Assembly: GCA_965287045.1 (NCBI GenBank)
Contig: OZ336884.1
Coordinates: 46,128,001 to 46,192,000, forward strand
Source of the DNA: Carcharhinus amblyrhynchos
Taxonomy: Eukaryota
Reading direction: 5' to 3'
DNA: 64,000 nucleotides
The notes under the pieces were generated by a model that saw only the letters and a list, made by a program, of their open reading frames with translations, was not told where the DNA came from and made no database searches. Shown here piece after piece: positions 62,419-64,000 of this stretch. Made by a program: the position numbers and the translations under genes. Position 1 is the stretch's first letter. Every line of letters starts with the position of its first letter.

Positions 62419-64000
62419 TGTAGTTAATCGGATGCTTTCCTTGGCATGTCTGGTAGTGTGCCCCTTTAAGGGGCGAGTTCCTATTGGTTGTATGGCCCAG
62501 TCAACCTATCTAGCTGGAGCACACAGCTCTGAGGACAGAATGCAGGGTTTCTCTGCTTGTTAGGTATCTGAGTCGTGGTGTACGGTAACCTTTCATGACT
62601 GTCAATAGTTATTTACCTTAATACACCGTTTCTTCATTGATCTACCTGGTGGCCACCTGTCGTTTGGTGATGAGGATCAATCAGAGCATTTTCATATTGC
62701 CACAAAAATCAGGAGTTCAGACATTGTGCGGAAGCCCTTTGAAGCAAATTTGTTTAGCAGTCTTGAGTGCCAAAATGCCCCATTTTGGTAAGCTGGAACC
62801 AGTCAACCCTAACACACAACAGTGGGCTATGTATGTTGAATACTTACATTATTTCTTCAAGGCCAATTAAAATGGAGAGAAAAAAAGTAGTAGGTTATCC
62901 AACTAACAGTATGCAGAGCTCCAACCAGAGGAGGCCTACTTCTGCAGATGTCTCCAACTCCTAAATTTTCAAGGAGCTTGTGCAATTAATTAAGGGACAT
63001 CATCCAACACTCTGTGATAATGAAATGACACAATTTCAATTCAACAACAAGAGCCCGAGGAGACAGCAGCACCATTTATAGTGTGCCTAAGACAAACAAC
63101 TGAACATTGCCAGTTTGGGCCTACACTCAATGACATGTTGAGAGACAGATTAGTCTGTGTTATTAAAAACACAGCCACACAAAGTTAACAGAAACAGAAA
63201 TTATTTAAAAGGCGGCATATGAGATCACCCAGTCTATGCAGTTAGAGTGTGCAGGCAGGTGAGGTCCACCAAACGTGGCAGGAAGCCATCAGAAGTTGTG
63301 GAGCCAGGGTTGAGGGTAATGAGCAAAGAGGCTCAGAGCAAAAGTGTGAAGAGATATAGGGGATATGATCTGCAGACACAGAGCTACAAAGAATGCTGAC
63401 ACGAGTCTCAGGAAAGATGTAAATTCCAGGACACACTGTGCTTTGCCTGCAATAGGAGGTGGTACATTAGAAGCAAATGCAAAAACTAAGCAAAGCCTAC
63501 AAAAAAATTCTTCAGTGTACATTGATGAGAATAGCCCCCAAAATTGATCTGAAGCATGCAGACTAAACAACATTAAGCGAGCAAGACAGCCCCAATTACG
63601 ATTGTGTTGATGGTAATCAGTGACTCAGAATGGAGGTGAACTCAGAGGCCTACAGTTGTTGGGAAACAAACGTACCACTATCTATTGTACAGGCCGAGGT
63701 CCAGCCCCTGAAATTAAAAACAAACATGATAGCCAGACTAATCACATATACTGAGGAACTTTTAAGGAACCCGGGAATATCAACAATGCCTGTAAGCCAC
63801 CACCTCACCAGCAGTCATCTCAACTGTCTCTAATAATGGAGGGAATGGGGTAGTGGCATGAGGAAGTCAAGGGTCAAGTCTGATGGGCCATGATTCGCTT
63901 TGCCAAACTGATCAAATTGTCTTGAAATATCAAAATGAATGAACAAGATTTTCAAGATGTCTTTAAAAATTCTCGGAAGTGTTTAGAAGATGAGTTTGGC
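62419..64000 (+). mobile_element. Degenerate Gypsy LTR retrotransposon (LTR, PBS, gag, protease), running off the window
   Basis: PBS-like TGGTGATGAGGAT at 62665-62677 (read as CpG-decayed TGGCGACGAGGAT); gag from 62775 'MPHFGKLEPVNPNTQQWAMYVEYLHYFFKAN'; 'LNDMLRDRLVC'; decayed protease site 'MEVNSEA'. Confidence 0.85.

Overview
This is eukaryotic, AT-rich, repeat-dense intronic and intergenic DNA. The repeat set points to a cartilaginous fish (shark): HER1/CR1 LINEs, HE1-type V-SINEs, Deu-domain SINEs, Penelope-like, Harbinger and Gypsy remnants; this assignment is inferred from repeat families I recognise. Nearly all ORFs in the supplied track are transposon fragments or chance ORFs. Reading splice signals by hand, I find the probable 3' end of an unidentified multi-exon protein-coding gene on the minus strand (last coding exon 8014-8163, plus phase-compatible candidates at 21065-21167, 30559-30610 and 31739-31813). 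The most striking structures are two adjacent, TSD-flanked palindromic Penelope-derived inserts (52517-52986 and 53100-53332) with minimal hammerhead-ribozyme motifs on both strands. Also notable are a V-SINE subfamily with a swapped 3' tail, two young CR1 copies truncated at almost the same base, a candidate mutually exclusive exon pair, and a decayed three-exon plus-strand ORF. I saw no CRISPR array, rRNA, intact tRNA gene or prokaryotic operon. Boundaries of degenerate repeats are approximate, and no searches were run.
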